Below are positions 55,033 through 64,000 of a DNA stretch of 64,000 nucleotides, in pieces. The notes below the pieces were generated by a model. That model ran no database searches. It had not been told where the DNA came from and worked only from the letters and a program-made list of their open reading frames with translations. Origin of the DNA: Minisyncoccota bacterium. GTDB lineage: Bacteria; Patescibacteriota; Minisyncoccia; Phycocordibacterales; CSBR16-119. Where the stretch lies: NCBI GenBank assembly GCA_041389065.1, contig JAWKSM010000002.1, forward strand, positions 65,556-129,555, given 5' to 3'. The translations under genes were made by a program, and so were the position numbers. How positions within the stretch are numbered: position 1 is the stretch's first letter; each line of letters opens with the position of its first letter.

Positions 55033-57435
55033 CTAAATAACAATGTTCACTATTTTACCTTTTACGTAAATAAATTTTTTGATTTGGGTTCCTGAAATTA
55101 TCTCTGCTATATTTTTTTCGGAAGTCGCGATCTCTTTTGCTTCTTCTTCACTCGCATCTGGTGAGATATCTATTTCCGCGCGAACTTTTCCGTTTATCTG
55201 AACAGCGATTTTTACTTTTTCGTCTTTTAGTTTTGACTCGTCAGCTTTCGGCCAAGAAGACTTGTGAATCGAACCACTTTCACCAAGCTCGTGCCACAAT
55301 TCTTCTGTCATGTGTGGTGCAAAGGGCGCGAGGATTTGCAAGAAACTCAAATAATTTTCTTTTGAAAAAGATTCGGCTTCTTCCATTTTGTTAACCAAAA
55401 TCATCATTGAAGACACAGACGTGTTGAATCTAAAGTTTTCGATATCATCGCTGATTTTTTTGATTGTTTTGTTTACCAAAATATCAATTTCTGTATTTTC
55501 TGCACCGATTTTTTCTTTCGCTCGCCATACGCGTTCCAAGAAACGTCGTGTTCCCACAAGCCCATCGGTGTTCCATGAAGTGTATTGATCAAACGGCCCG
55601 ATAAACATTTCATACAAACGAAACGCATCTGCACCAAAGCGGTCTACCATTTCATCTGGATTGACTACGTTTCCCCATCGCTTAGACATTTTTCGTCCGT
55701 CGCTTGCGAGAATAAGTCCTTGGTTTTTCAAAAGTTTGAATGGTTCGTCTGTCGGCACATATCCCAAATCATGTAAAAACTTATTCCAAAAACGAGCATA
55801 CAAAAGGTGTCCTGTCGCGTGCTCTGCGCCACCAATATACACATCTACATTTTGCCAATATTTAAGAGCGTCTTTCCCGGCAAAAGCTTCGCTGTTTTTC
55901 GGATCCATATATCGCAAAAAATACCATGAAGAACCAGCCCATCCCGGCATGGTGTTTGTCTCGTATCCTTTTGAAACCCACTCAGAAACACCAGCAAGCG
56001 GCGACTCTCCTGTTCCCGATGGTTTATATGAATCTACTTTTGGAAGTTCGAGGTCGAGAAGTGGTAGCTCATCTTCTTTCAGCGGATGAATAATTCCATC
56101 TTCGCGTCGAAGTGGAATCGGTTCACCCCAATATCTTTGCCGCGCAAACACCGCATCACGCATTTTGTATTTTGTAACAAATTTTGCAGTACCTTCAGCT
56201 CCTAAATGTTCAACAACTTCTTGTGTGGCATCGTCAGAGAGTAATCCATTCATCCAATTTGCGCTATTTTTTATAACTCCATAACCCGTATAAATATTTT
56301 TATCATCAAAGTCTTCTGGCTTTTCTATAACTTCTTTAATCGGTAAATCAAACTTCTTCGCAAAATCAAAATCACGTTCATCATGTGCGGGCACGCCCAT
56401 CACAGCGCCGGTACCGTACCCTTCTAAAACATAGTCCGCCTCCCACACTGGCACCTCTTCGCCGTTTGCGGGATTTATTGCATACTTCCCAGTAAATTTA
56501 TTTTCTGTTCCAGGCACAGCAAGATAGGTCACACCGAACAGCGTGTCAGGGCGCGTCGTAAATACTTTTATTTTTTCGTCGCTGTCTTTTAGTGCAAATT
56601 CAATTTCCGCACCCTCTGATTTCCCTATCCAATTCCTTTGAATTTCTTTTATGTGCTCTGGCCAATCGATAGTTTCGAGTCCAGACAAAAGTCTGTCGGC
56701 ATATGAAGTAATTCGCAAAAACATTTGCTTCATTTGCTTTTTCACCACAGGAAAACCACCTCGCTCTGACACAGGTTCTCCATTTGGTCCGTCAATGATT
56801 TCATCATTTGCGAGAACTGTTCCAAGCTCTTCGCACCAATTCACTTCCGAAAGACCTTCGTATGCCAAACGATAGTTCATCAAGACATCTTGCTTTTCTT
56901 GTTCTGATTTTGCGCTCCAAGAAGAATCTTCTTTTTCAAATCTCTTCACAAGTTCTGAAATCGGCTTTGCTTTGTTTTCTTTTTCGTCGTAGAAAGATTC
57001 AAAAAGTTTCAAGAAAATCCATTGTGTCCATTTATAGTATTGTGGATCGATAGTTCGCACCTCTCGAGACCAATCATAAGAAAGACCGATAAGCTCGAGT
57101 TGTTTTTTGTAAGTGTCGATAGCTTTTTCAGTGATGACAGATGGATGCTCGCCCGTCTGGATGGCGTACTGTTCGGCTGGAAGACCGAAAGCGTCGAAGC
57201 CCATCGGGTGAAGGACATTGAAGCCCTGCATACGTCGCATACGAGAAAGCACGTCAGAGCCGATATAGCCTCGAGGGTGACCCACGTGAAGTCCAGCCCC
57301 CGAAGGATACGGAAACATGTCTAAGATGTATTGTTTTGGTTTTTGAGAGGATTCTTCGGTTTTATAAATACCGTCTTTTTCCCAGATTTCCTGCCATTTT
57401 TTCTCTATATTTTGAGGATTATAATTATCCGCCAT
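55033..57435 (-). CDS. leuS: leucyl-tRNA synthetase
   Basis: The ATG at 57435 starts MADNYNPQNIEKKWQEIW. The HIGH motif is PYPSGAGLHVGHP and the KMSKS motif is KMSKRWGN. The track ORF's 23 extra N-terminal codons run across a terminator. Confidence 0.95.
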   Translation of the reverse strand: MADNYNPQNIEKKWQEIWEKDGIYKTEESSQKPKQYILDMFPYPSGAGLHVGHPRGYIGSDVLSRMRRMQGFNVLHPMGFDAFGLPAEQYAIQTGEHPSVITEKAIDTYKKQLELIGLSYDWSREVRTIDPQYYKWTQWIFLKLFESFYDEKENKAKPISELVKRFEKEDSSWSAKSEQEKQDVLMNYRLAYEGLSEVNWCEELGTVLANDEIIDGPNGEPVSERGGFPVVKKQMKQMFLRITSYADRLLSGLETIDWPEHIKEIQRNWIGKSEGAEIEFALKDSDEKIKVFTTRPDTLFGVTYLAVPGTENKFTGKYAINPANGEEVPVWEADYVLEGYGTGAVMGVPAHDERDFDFAKKFDLPIKEVIEKPEDFDDKNIYTGYGVIKNSANWMNGLLSDDATQEVVEHLGAEGTAKFVTKYKMRDAVFARQRYWGEPIPLRREDGIIHPLKEDELPLLDLELPKVDSYKPSGTGESPLAGVSEWVSKGYETNTMPGWAGSSWYFLRYMDPKNSEAFAGKDALKYWQNVDVYIGGAEHATGHLLYARFWNKFLHDLGYVPTDEPFKLLKNQGLILASDGRKMSKRWGNVVNPDEMVDRFGADAFRLYEMFIGPFDQYTSWNTDGLVGTRRFLERVWRAKEKIGAENTEIDILVNKTIKKISDDIENFRFNTSVSSMMILVNKMEEAESFSKENYLSFLQILAPFAPHMTEELWHELGESGSIHKSSWPKADESKLKDEKVKIAVQINGKVRAEIDISPDASEEEAKEIATSEKNIAEIISGTQIKKFIYVKGKIVNIVI

Positions 57436-57474
57436 GATTACTATAATACCTGAAAAAAAGTCTTTTTCAAATGA

Positions 57475-57500
57475 AAAACTTCGCCCAAGGGCGAAGTTTT
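57475..57500 (-). terminator. rho-independent terminator
   Basis: AAAACTTCGCCC-AA-GGGCGAAGTTTT. Confidence 0.7.
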
Positions 57501-57508
57501 TCATTTGA

Positions 57509-58774
57509 TTAATTTTGTTTTACTTCAGGAGTCCATTGTACTTTGTACATAATTTTTGGATCCTCTAGGTAAACTTCTGATTCTGGACAATCTATTATTT
57601 CGTTTGCCATCATCTTAGTTGTTTTATACCATCGATATGTTGCTTTTTTCTTAAAGAATGGGAACCAAGGATTTAGAATTTGTTCAGAGTATTTTTCTTG
57701 GAAAGCCCCAACAGCTTTTGCTGTAGCTTCATCATATACTCCGTTCACTGTTAGACCTGCATTCACTTCTTCATTTAGAAATTCTTGAATTCTTGCAACT
57801 TCTCCACCAACATCACCTTTTTTGTGATATTCAGTGAATGGAACACAAGCTCCCAAAACATCGCCTTCTGTAGAAGCTCCTAAAACTGAGCCCCCTGATC
57901 GTGATCCAGATGAACTACTTGAGCCACCTGAAGTTTGTTGTGGAGGTGTGTCTTGATTTCCATCACCATTAGTCGGATTATTGTCACCTGGTTCTTCATC
58001 AATTGGTTCATCAGCACATACAACTCTTACATCATCTAGGAAAGTTCCAGTTGAGTTTGGAAAACCAGCATCTTCAAATGCGATTGTTGTAACTGAAGAT
58101 GTTGCAGTGAATCCTATAGTGTAAGTTGTCCAAGAAGTATTAATACCTGCATATGCCCCAGTTGATTGGGTGTCTTTATGATCTCCATTAATGAAAACTT
58201 TTAAAATATTTTCACCTTCATATGTTCCAGGTCGTGGAGAAAATGCATAACTAAGTTCGTAGTATTGTCCCGGGATTGTAGAAATATCTTGAGAAATTCT
58301 AACTGACGCCGCTCCGCCTGCTGGATTTCCGTAATCAGTATCAAGCTCTGAGTGTTGATTTCCTTCATAACTTGTCCATCCATTTACACCATTATGTAGT
58401 TCAAGCTTTGCAACTTCTGGCGCACCAGCAATATCGCTTCGCCATTCAACATTCCATCCAAGACCTGGTGTTCCGTTGTCATAAATATCCCAAGAATTTT
58501 CTGGAGCAATAGGATATTCAAATCCTCCGTTTGCAACAAGATTTTCTTGAATGTCACAATATCTTGGATTTTCTTCAAAGATGTTTAGAACGATAATTGT
58601 TCTATTTCTTCCTGCGTTACTTTGGTTTAGAACAATGTGTCCGTCTGCGTTTGTGTTAAATGAATTTCCATCTGCATCGATACTTCCTTTTGGATCAAGA
58701 TTTAAGTCAAGACCAGAAGTGAAAAGGTTGTCGTTGTATTCGTCAACATCTTCAAAAGCATCAACTGGAAGCAA
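57509..58774 (-). CDS. surface protein B, intact C-terminal part: DUF642-like beta-sandwich, Gly/Ser linker and peptidoglycan-binding domain
   Basis: 421-aa track ORF. It contains LVANGGFEYP...LGWNVEW...HSELD...ISQDISTIPGQYYELSYAFSPRPG...FLDDVRVVC, then GGSSSSSGSRSGGS, then the PG_binding_1-like ARIQEFLNEEVNAGLTVNGVYDEATAKAVGAFQEKY. Confidence 0.7.
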   Translation of the reverse strand: MLPVDAFEDVDEYNDNLFTSGLDLNLDPKGSIDADGNSFNTNADGHIVLNQSNAGRNRTIIVLNIFEENPRYCDIQENLVANGGFEYPIAPENSWDIYDNGTPGLGWNVEWRSDIAGAPEVAKLELHNGVNGWTSYEGNQHSELDTDYGNPAGGAASVRISQDISTIPGQYYELSYAFSPRPGTYEGENILKVFINGDHKDTQSTGAYAGINTSWTTYTIGFTATSSVTTIAFEDAGFPNSTGTFLDDVRVVCADEPIDEEPGDNNPTNGDGNQDTPPQQTSGGSSSSSGSRSGGSVLGASTEGDVLGACVPFTEYHKKGDVGGEVARIQEFLNEEVNAGLTVNGVYDEATAKAVGAFQEKYSEQILNPWFPFFKKKATYRWYKTTKMMANEIIDCPESEVYLEDPKIMYKVQWTPEVKQN

Positions 58775-59432
58775 TATTTGATCACTGTATTTTGTTGTCC
58801 AAGTTACAGAATCATCACCACCTGTGATTTCTTCTTGTCAAAGCCTTCCGGCCATGTAAGGTTTGAGAATTTTATACATTCACTGTCTGGAGTTTCTCCA
58901 AAAAATGCTTTTGTTGGAGTAAACGCGTCAGTTGTGAAAACTGCGTCTGGGTTGATTACAGGTTGAGCATTTAGTCCTTCTGTTCCTGGTGTTGCTGGTT
59001 TTCCAACCCAAGGAATTGTAAATGTGTATCCTGGAACTGCCCATCAGCAATCATAATTTCATCGCCAACTTTTCTTAGCGATTGGCACAAACTGTGATAG
59101 AAGCGTTTGCAACTGGTGGCAGCACAATATTGATTTGCAGCCTTGTGGCAACTTCTTCCATTTGCTGTTTCGTCAAAAACAACTTCTGCTTCAACAAGCT
59201 CACCTTCTTTAATTGCTTCTTCAGTTTTCTGAGTTCTTCTTCTTTTGAGATTCTATTCATTTTTACCTCTTCTTCAAATAAGCTTCTTTGTCATTTGAAA
59301 TTTCTTCAGTTTTACTTCAACTTTTTTCTTCAGAAATTGAAGTTGGAACTTCGATTTGTACATTTCATGTTGAATGTCATTGCAAAAACAGTAAATATTC
59401 CTAGTGATTTTGATAATATGTTTTGTACTTTC
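58775..59432 (-). pseudogene. surface protein B, N-terminal part broken by at least five frameshifts
   Basis: The signal peptide MKVQNILSKSLGIFTVFAMTF starts at 59432. The later pieces TEEAIKEGELVEAEVVFDETANG, EEVATRLQINIVLPPVANASITVCANR, LRKVGDEIMIADGQ, PGYTFTIPWVGKPATPGTEGLNAQPVINPDAVFTTDAF...NLTWPEGFDK and EEITGGDDSVTWTTKYSDQILLPVDAFEDV lie in alternating frames. They are colinear with paralog A. Confidence 0.65.
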
Positions 59433-59527
59433 ATAATAATCTTATCTAACTACTAACATTAAAATAATAATTTGACTGATAAAAAGCTTATAAAAAATAG
59501 TTAATTAAAAATCGTCGTCTTTTTTGA

Positions 59528-59554
59528 ATTATATCATATAACTATAATTGTCAA
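59528..59554 (-). promoter_or_regulatory. promoter of surface protein B
   Basis: On the minus strand: TTGACA (59549-59554), N15, an extended -10 of TGA plus TATAAT (59528-59536). Confidence 0.5.
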
Positions 59555-59698
59555 CGATTTACCTGAAATAATAAATTAGGTTAAAAATTTAATTACGCAG
59601 CAGCAATTACTGGATTTGAACATTTCTAGTTAGCACTTTGCTAAAAATAAAACAAGAATCAAAAGCAGTACCGTAACGATGTTTTGGATGCTGAGTTC

Positions 59699-60647
59699 TT
59701 ATAGAAACGAAAATTTTAGAATAAGTGCAAACAAAATTACAACAAAAAGTATGATGTACTTGTTGCAGCATCTTGATTTACTAAAAATATCTTTCAAGAT
59801 TAACATGTATTTTTCCATCTTCGTTTGGTAAAACATCTTCTGCGCCAGCAACATTTTGATTTTCAAAAGCTGGGTTACTTGTTTCGGTAAAATTTCAGTT
59901 TGGCTTTCAGCCGGAACTGTTTCTGTATTTGAAAGCACTATTTTCTTGACTTCCAGAATTTTGAGAAGTTGGAGCTTCTGGTTTTGTATCAGATTTTATT
60001 TCAGTTTTTTTCTAAAGCTTTTTTATTTACGTCAAAGTCCTTCCGGAAACTTCAGGCGTGATATTTACCGCTACAAGATTAGCTTCTTGGGTTTCTTCTA
60101 CTTCTTGAGCCTCAGATACTTGTGCGTTTGAATTATTTAAAACACTTGAAGAAACAGGTGTTCCGAACATTTGAACAACAAAGGTTGTTTGTCTGCTATA
60201 CATTCCTTCAGCTGTTGTGCGATTTTCAGCGTATCGATTATTCAGAAATATTTGCTCGGTGGGCAATTCATCGGCTCTTTGGTGCTCTTCAGTCTATTGA
60301 AGTTTATAGCCAAGTTTTCACCAGCGTAAATATAAGTGTATCCAGCTTCATCGAACCAATTGCCAAGGAGTTACGCCTTCAGGACTGACGTGCGCAAAAT
60401 AACTTTTGTGCCATGTCATTTGCTTTGAGGCGACGACATTACAGCTTCTCATTTTTATAATAAAGGTCTGCTGCCTTCTTCAGCTCGGTCTTCGTTTGCC
60501 AAATCAACAAGAAACGCCGACTGAATCGCGCTATCAAGAACTTTAGAGTTTTAATAACATGAGCCAGTAGCAAACAAAAGAATATTGCCGCTAAAGCAGT
60601 TGTCCTTCTTACTAAATTTTCACGTAGAAAATGAGGTTTGTGATCAT
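59699..60647 (-). pseudogene. CAP/SCP (YkwD-like) domain secreted protein, several frameshifts
   Basis: Fragments in different frames are: ATG 60647 MITNLIF; HFLRENLVRRTTALAAIFFCLLLA (TM); VLDSAIQSAFLVDLANEDRAEEGSRPL; KANDMAQK; SYFAHVSPEGVTPW; and RQTTFVVQMFGTP (track ORF 60027..60266). Confidence 0.6.
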
Positions 60648-60692
60648 TTTCTTTATTAGGTATAAAGTATTTCTCAAACTTTTCTGTAGTAT

Positions 60693-60720
60693 ATTATAAC
60701 ACAAATAAAATAAAAATCAA
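60693..60720 (-). promoter_or_regulatory. promoter of the CAP-domain gene
   Basis: On the minus strand: TTGATT (60715-60720), N16, TATAAT (60693-60698). Confidence 0.5.
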
Positions 60721-60775
60721 GCTTTTCTCTACTTATCTAATATTACCAAATTAACTGTGTTTATACATTATTTAA

Positions 60776-61252
60776 TTAGGAATTAATTAAATTTCTTGTC
60801 ATTTCACCCACAATCCCAGTTCCGTTAGTCAAACCAAAGGGCTTTAGTATTATATCTCTGTGAGCTTCTTGAAAACGGATCAGCGCGTCTTGCGTCCCCT
60901 TTCCAAAACGAGTTGTTTCTTGACCAATAGATCAGGACCAGACTGGGCAACCCAAAAAAACCCCTGCTGTTGATCTGTTCTTGAAACTTTACTTCTGGAT
61001 CTTCCGTCACCAGTCGCAACTCTTTTGTAATCAAAAGTTTTGGTTTTTCTATTTTTATTTCTGTTCTTCTTTTGGTTCTTCGTTAGTATTTTCTGCTGGA
61101 TTTTGTTCGGCAACATATACGAGACTAACAAACAAACAACTTCTTTTTCTTTTGTGAAAGCAATTGCTGGAACTATAAAACAGATCCGATAAAAATTGTA
61201 ACAACGAAACCCACGCAATATTTAACTTAGCTGAAAGTATTTTTTTAGTCAT
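60776..61252 (-). pseudogene. small secreted peptidoglycan-binding-domain protein, frameshifted
   Basis: ATG 61252 starts MTKKILSAKLNIAWVSLLQFL. The C-terminal piece is GTQDALIRFQEAHRDIILKPFGLTNGTGIVGEMTRNLINS, with a stop at 60776-60778. It is split over three track ORFs in different frames. Confidence 0.5.
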
Positions 61253-61366
61253 ATTGTTTAATCTAATTATAGCAATACAAATTTTATTCTCCACTACATT
61301 TTTTGTGGAAAACAAAAACCCCTTTCAGGTTTTGTTTAAAAATACAAATCTTACATCCAATAGTTT

Positions 61367-62738
61367 TTATTTTCCGTACATTAGATCGTAGTTAGGATCA
61401 AAAATGTCTAGAATGTTTACATTGTTTACGTTTGAATCTGATTTGCTCCAAGAACTTGTCCTGATTGTTAGCTGCAGTAAGTTATATATCATTTCCATTT
61501 GCTCTGTTGAGAATGGCTTCATGTCACTAACTTCTGTAACTTGATGCATCCACCTGGATAACTGCAAAGTCGCTTGGAGCTTCTAGGATGACAAATATTA
61601 CAGTGGTGTCAGTCTTGTTTTGTGTTCATCCGGTAGCGATCGTTGGTTTAGTGGCGGTGTCCAGGTCATTAACTTCTGACCAGTGGTAAGCTTGGAAATC
61701 GTGAACAGCTTGAACTGTTGATCTTCTTATACACCATCTACTGTTAGTCCTGCATTCCTTATATTCGTTTAAGGAAAGTTTGAAGTGCTTTAATTTCACC
61801 ACCTGAATTTCCTAATCCTGCATTGTAAGTTGTAAGAAGGCAACATGTTGAAGCTCCAAAGAACTTCTCCATTTGATGAACCTCTGAACTTCCTGATGAT
61901 GAAGATGAGCCTCCGCCCCTCCACCACCTCCTCCACCACCGCCACCACCTCCGTTTCCTCATCTATCACGATCGTTTTTAACTGAGATAGATCGAGTAAC
62001 AGTAATAGTGTTTAGGAATGAGTCAGTGAATACTAGAAATTTGTATATTATATATACTAACCGCAAGTTATTTCAGTAACAACAGACCGTCAAGATTAAT
62101 TTCTGCTACGGTGTTTGCTTCTAGGTCTTCAGTAGAAACTTTTCGATCTTCGCTAACTCCATCAAAACAAATCCGTTTCATTTGTTATCGCCTGGCTTTC
62201 AGTAACAAACTTTCAGGAACGATTATTGTTGGTTCGTCTTCATCTCCTCCGCACTACACGCGTTGCATGCAATCTTCAATAGTTATGATTCAGCTATAAC
62301 TGTAAACCACTTCTCTTGCATATGAGGTCTGTGAAAATGTATTCAACAGAGAATGTTTGACCTAGTTGAGTAAAGTCAACCAATTCTTCTCCGATAACAT
62401 TTAGATCTAGAGAAAGTGTGATCACGTTTCCTTGTGAATCTGTTGCAACAACACCTTCTAGAAAATCAAAGTTTGTTGTATTAACGTCATAACATACATC
62501 TGGAAGTGTAGTGTAGGATTCTCATCCCCACCATTTCCACCACAATTTTCTTTCACATATACGTTTCGTAGTCCGTAAACCGTAACCATCACTGTCTGTA
62601 ACAGAATGTTCTACACAACATAAGCACCTTCTGTTCCGAAAACAATATTATTTGAAGTTACGTTACCAAGGTGAGAAATATCTCCATCTTCTGCATCTTC
62701 CGCTCTAACTCCAGATAAAACATCATATGAGTCAGCTG
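61367..62738 (-). pseudogene. surface protein A, C-terminal part broken by many frameshifts or stops
   Basis: After the stop at 62739, the +1 frame continues MTADSYDVLSGVRAEDAEDGDISHLGNVTSNNIVFGTEGAYVV, which resembles a DUF5011/Ig-like repeat. More such pieces follow, then a poly-Gly linker (61915-61960) and a PG-binding-like tail ending at 61367. Confidence 0.55.
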
Positions 62739-64000
62739 TCATTGTGGTAGACAGACAGAGTCTGGAATCACGATAATTTTTGGTGGAATATTGTCTGGAT
62801 TACTATCATCCACACAAACCACTTCAACGCCGTCTAGAAGAGTTCCAAGTGAATTTGGATTTCCAAGATCAGAGAATGAAATAGTTGTTTGTGTAGAACT
62901 TGCATAAAATGCAAAGATTCGTGTTTGCCAATATGGTTGTGTTAGTCCAAGTCCTGAATCAGAAACATCATCGTAAAGCACGCCATCAACATAGAAACCA
63001 AGTCTATTGTCTGACTCTGGAGTACCAGGTCTAGCGGCAAATTGATAAGTTACTTTATAGAATTGTCCAGGAACTGTGTCTATTACTTGTGAAATTGTTG
63101 TTGATGCAGGTTCTCCATTTAGACTTCCAACGTGTCCGTTTTGGTCTGAATCAAGTTCTGCGTATTGATCACCATCATATGCTTGCCATCCAGAAACATT
63201 TTCTTGAATTTCAAGTTTTGGTGATACGTTTGGATTAATACCATTCCATGCAACAGTCCAACCAAGGTTAGCTGTTCCATTTTCATAGATATCCCATCCA
63301 GCATTTGAAACTTCTGGAGTTTCAAATGAACCGTTTACAATTAAGTTTCTTGTAGCTTCACAGTATTTTGGAGGTTTTACCTTACTTTCAAAAATGTTTA
63401 CAACAACCAAAGTTCGGTGTCGTCCAGCATTGCTTCTGTTTAGAACAATGTGTCCGTCAGCGTTTGTGTTGAAAGCATTTCCATTTGCATCAATACTTCC
63501 TCTTGGGTCAGCGTTTAAGTCAAGACCTGTTGCGAAAATATTGTCTCGGTAAGTATCAACATCTTCAAAACCATTTACTGGAACAAGAACTTGATCACTG
63601 TATTTTGTTGTCCAAGTTACAGAATCGTCTCCACCAGAAATAGTTTCTTGTCCGTAGAAATAACTTCCTCGTGTTAAGTTTGTGAACTTTTGACACATTG
63701 CGTCGTTTCCATTTGAACCAGACATTATTTGTCTATCTGTAACAAATGCGTTTGTCGCGAAAGTTGCGTCAGGAGAAAGCATTGGTTGAACATTGAAGTT
63801 TTCAGTACCAGGAGTACTTGGTGCTCCAATCCATGGAACAGTAAAAGTGTAACCTGGAACTTCAGTTGCAGAAGCAACTACAGGTGTTCCGTTTACTCTT
63901 TTTGCAATAACTTTACAAACAGTTATTGAACCAAGTCCGTTGTCGTTTGGATCAACGTAACCTGTGAACTTGTTTACAAGTAGGATTTGTCCTTTGAAAC
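62739..64000 (-). CDS. surface protein A, intact N-terminal/central part (DUF642-like); open to the window end
   Basis: Track ORF 62739..63782, and the same frame stays open to 64000 (VSKGQILLVNKFTGYVDPNDNGLGSITVCKVIAKRVNG...). It is roughly half identical by eye to protein B, for example NTNADGHIVLN, VNGSFE, LGWTVAW and LLDGVEVVC. Confidence 0.7.
   Translation of the reverse strand, partial: FKGQILLVNKFTGYVDPNDNGLGSITVCKVIAKRVNGTPVVASATEVPGYTFTVPWIGAPSTPGTENFNVQPMLSPDATFATNAFVTDRQIMSGSNGNDAMCQKFTNLTRGSYFYGQETISGGDDSVTWTTKYSDQVLVPVNGFEDVDTYRDNIFATGLDLNADPRGSIDANGNAFNTNADGHIVLNRSNAGRHRTLVVVNIFESKVKPPKYCEATRNLIVNGSFETPEVSNAGWDIYENGTANLGWTVAWNGINPNVSPKLEIQENVSGWQAYDGDQYAELDSDQNGHVGSLNGEPASTTISQVIDTVPGQFYKVTYQFAARPGTPESDNRLGFYVDGVLYDDVSDSGLGLTQPYWQTRIFAFYASSTQTTISFSDLGNPNSLGTLLDGVEVVCVDDSNPDNIPPKIIVIPDSVCLPQ

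Noticed and set aside
61759-61962. ORF encoding MRKRRWWRWWRRWWRGGGSSSSSG..., a striking Arg/Trp repeat
   Set aside because: It is an out-of-frame reading of the GGT/GGA-rich poly-glycine linker of surface protein A. The correct frame gives GGGGGGGG... followed by the PG-binding tail.
52683-64000. Diversity-generating retroelement hypothesis for the duplicated topA end and for the paralogous surface-protein segments
   Set aside because: No reverse transcriptase is present in the window. The differences between copies are not restricted to adenine positions and include synonymous codon swaps and indels.
1-64000. Alternative genetic code (UGA or UAA reassignment, as in Gracilibacteria/SR1) to explain the interrupted genes
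   Set aside because: Conserved genes end at natural C-termini on TAA, TAG and TGA. For example, the sigma factor ends on TGA. Long conserved genes contain no in-frame stops. The interruptions are frame changes, not stop codons, except for the single TAA at 32061.

Overview
The window is AT-rich and gene-dense. Its content fits a reduced-genome, Patescibacteria/CPR-like bacterium, which is an inference from gene content: DUF5671-type and Gmad2-type proteins, few Shine-Dalgarno sites, and GC-rich hairpin terminators in an AT-rich background. Standard code 11 fits. The core is housekeeping: gap, gatB, obg, rmuC, gdh, a short dcw block (mraZ-rsmH-ftsL-ftsI), lysS, greA, PBP2, a sigma-70 factor, dnaX, rimK, dus, ftsQ, serS, dprA, topA, murJ and leuS. 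There are two tRNAs and no rRNA, CRISPR array or intact transposase/integrase. Seven things stand out. (1) A copper-resistance island (csoR-copA-HMA/TauE-cupredoxin) lies against the 3' end of tRNA-Gln, with a serine-recombinase stub at its far edge and a perfect CsoR operator. (2) A very AT-rich HEPN-motif gene is coupled to a methyltransferase next to tRNA-Glu, and the block is bracketed by two identical hairpins. (3) Two zones (about 32.06-34.72 kb and 58.78-62.75 kb) carry dense reading-frame damage in secreted or surface protein genes. Isolated frameshifts also occur in lysS, the sigma factor and an ABC ATPase, and the tRNA-Gln anticodon loop is one base short. Almost every lesion I could resolve is a +/-1 change in a short A/T run, so sequence error is the leading explanation. 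(4) Several GC-rich patches hold orphan ORFs, and one 705-aa ORF has a GC-rich C-terminal end. (5) topA has a diverged duplicate of its 3' end. (6) A roughly 230-nt promoter-to-terminator unit is probably a structured RNA of unassigned class. (7) Two tandem paralogous surface proteins are present. I found no complete, recognisable new multi-gene system; the candidates are listed with their caveats.
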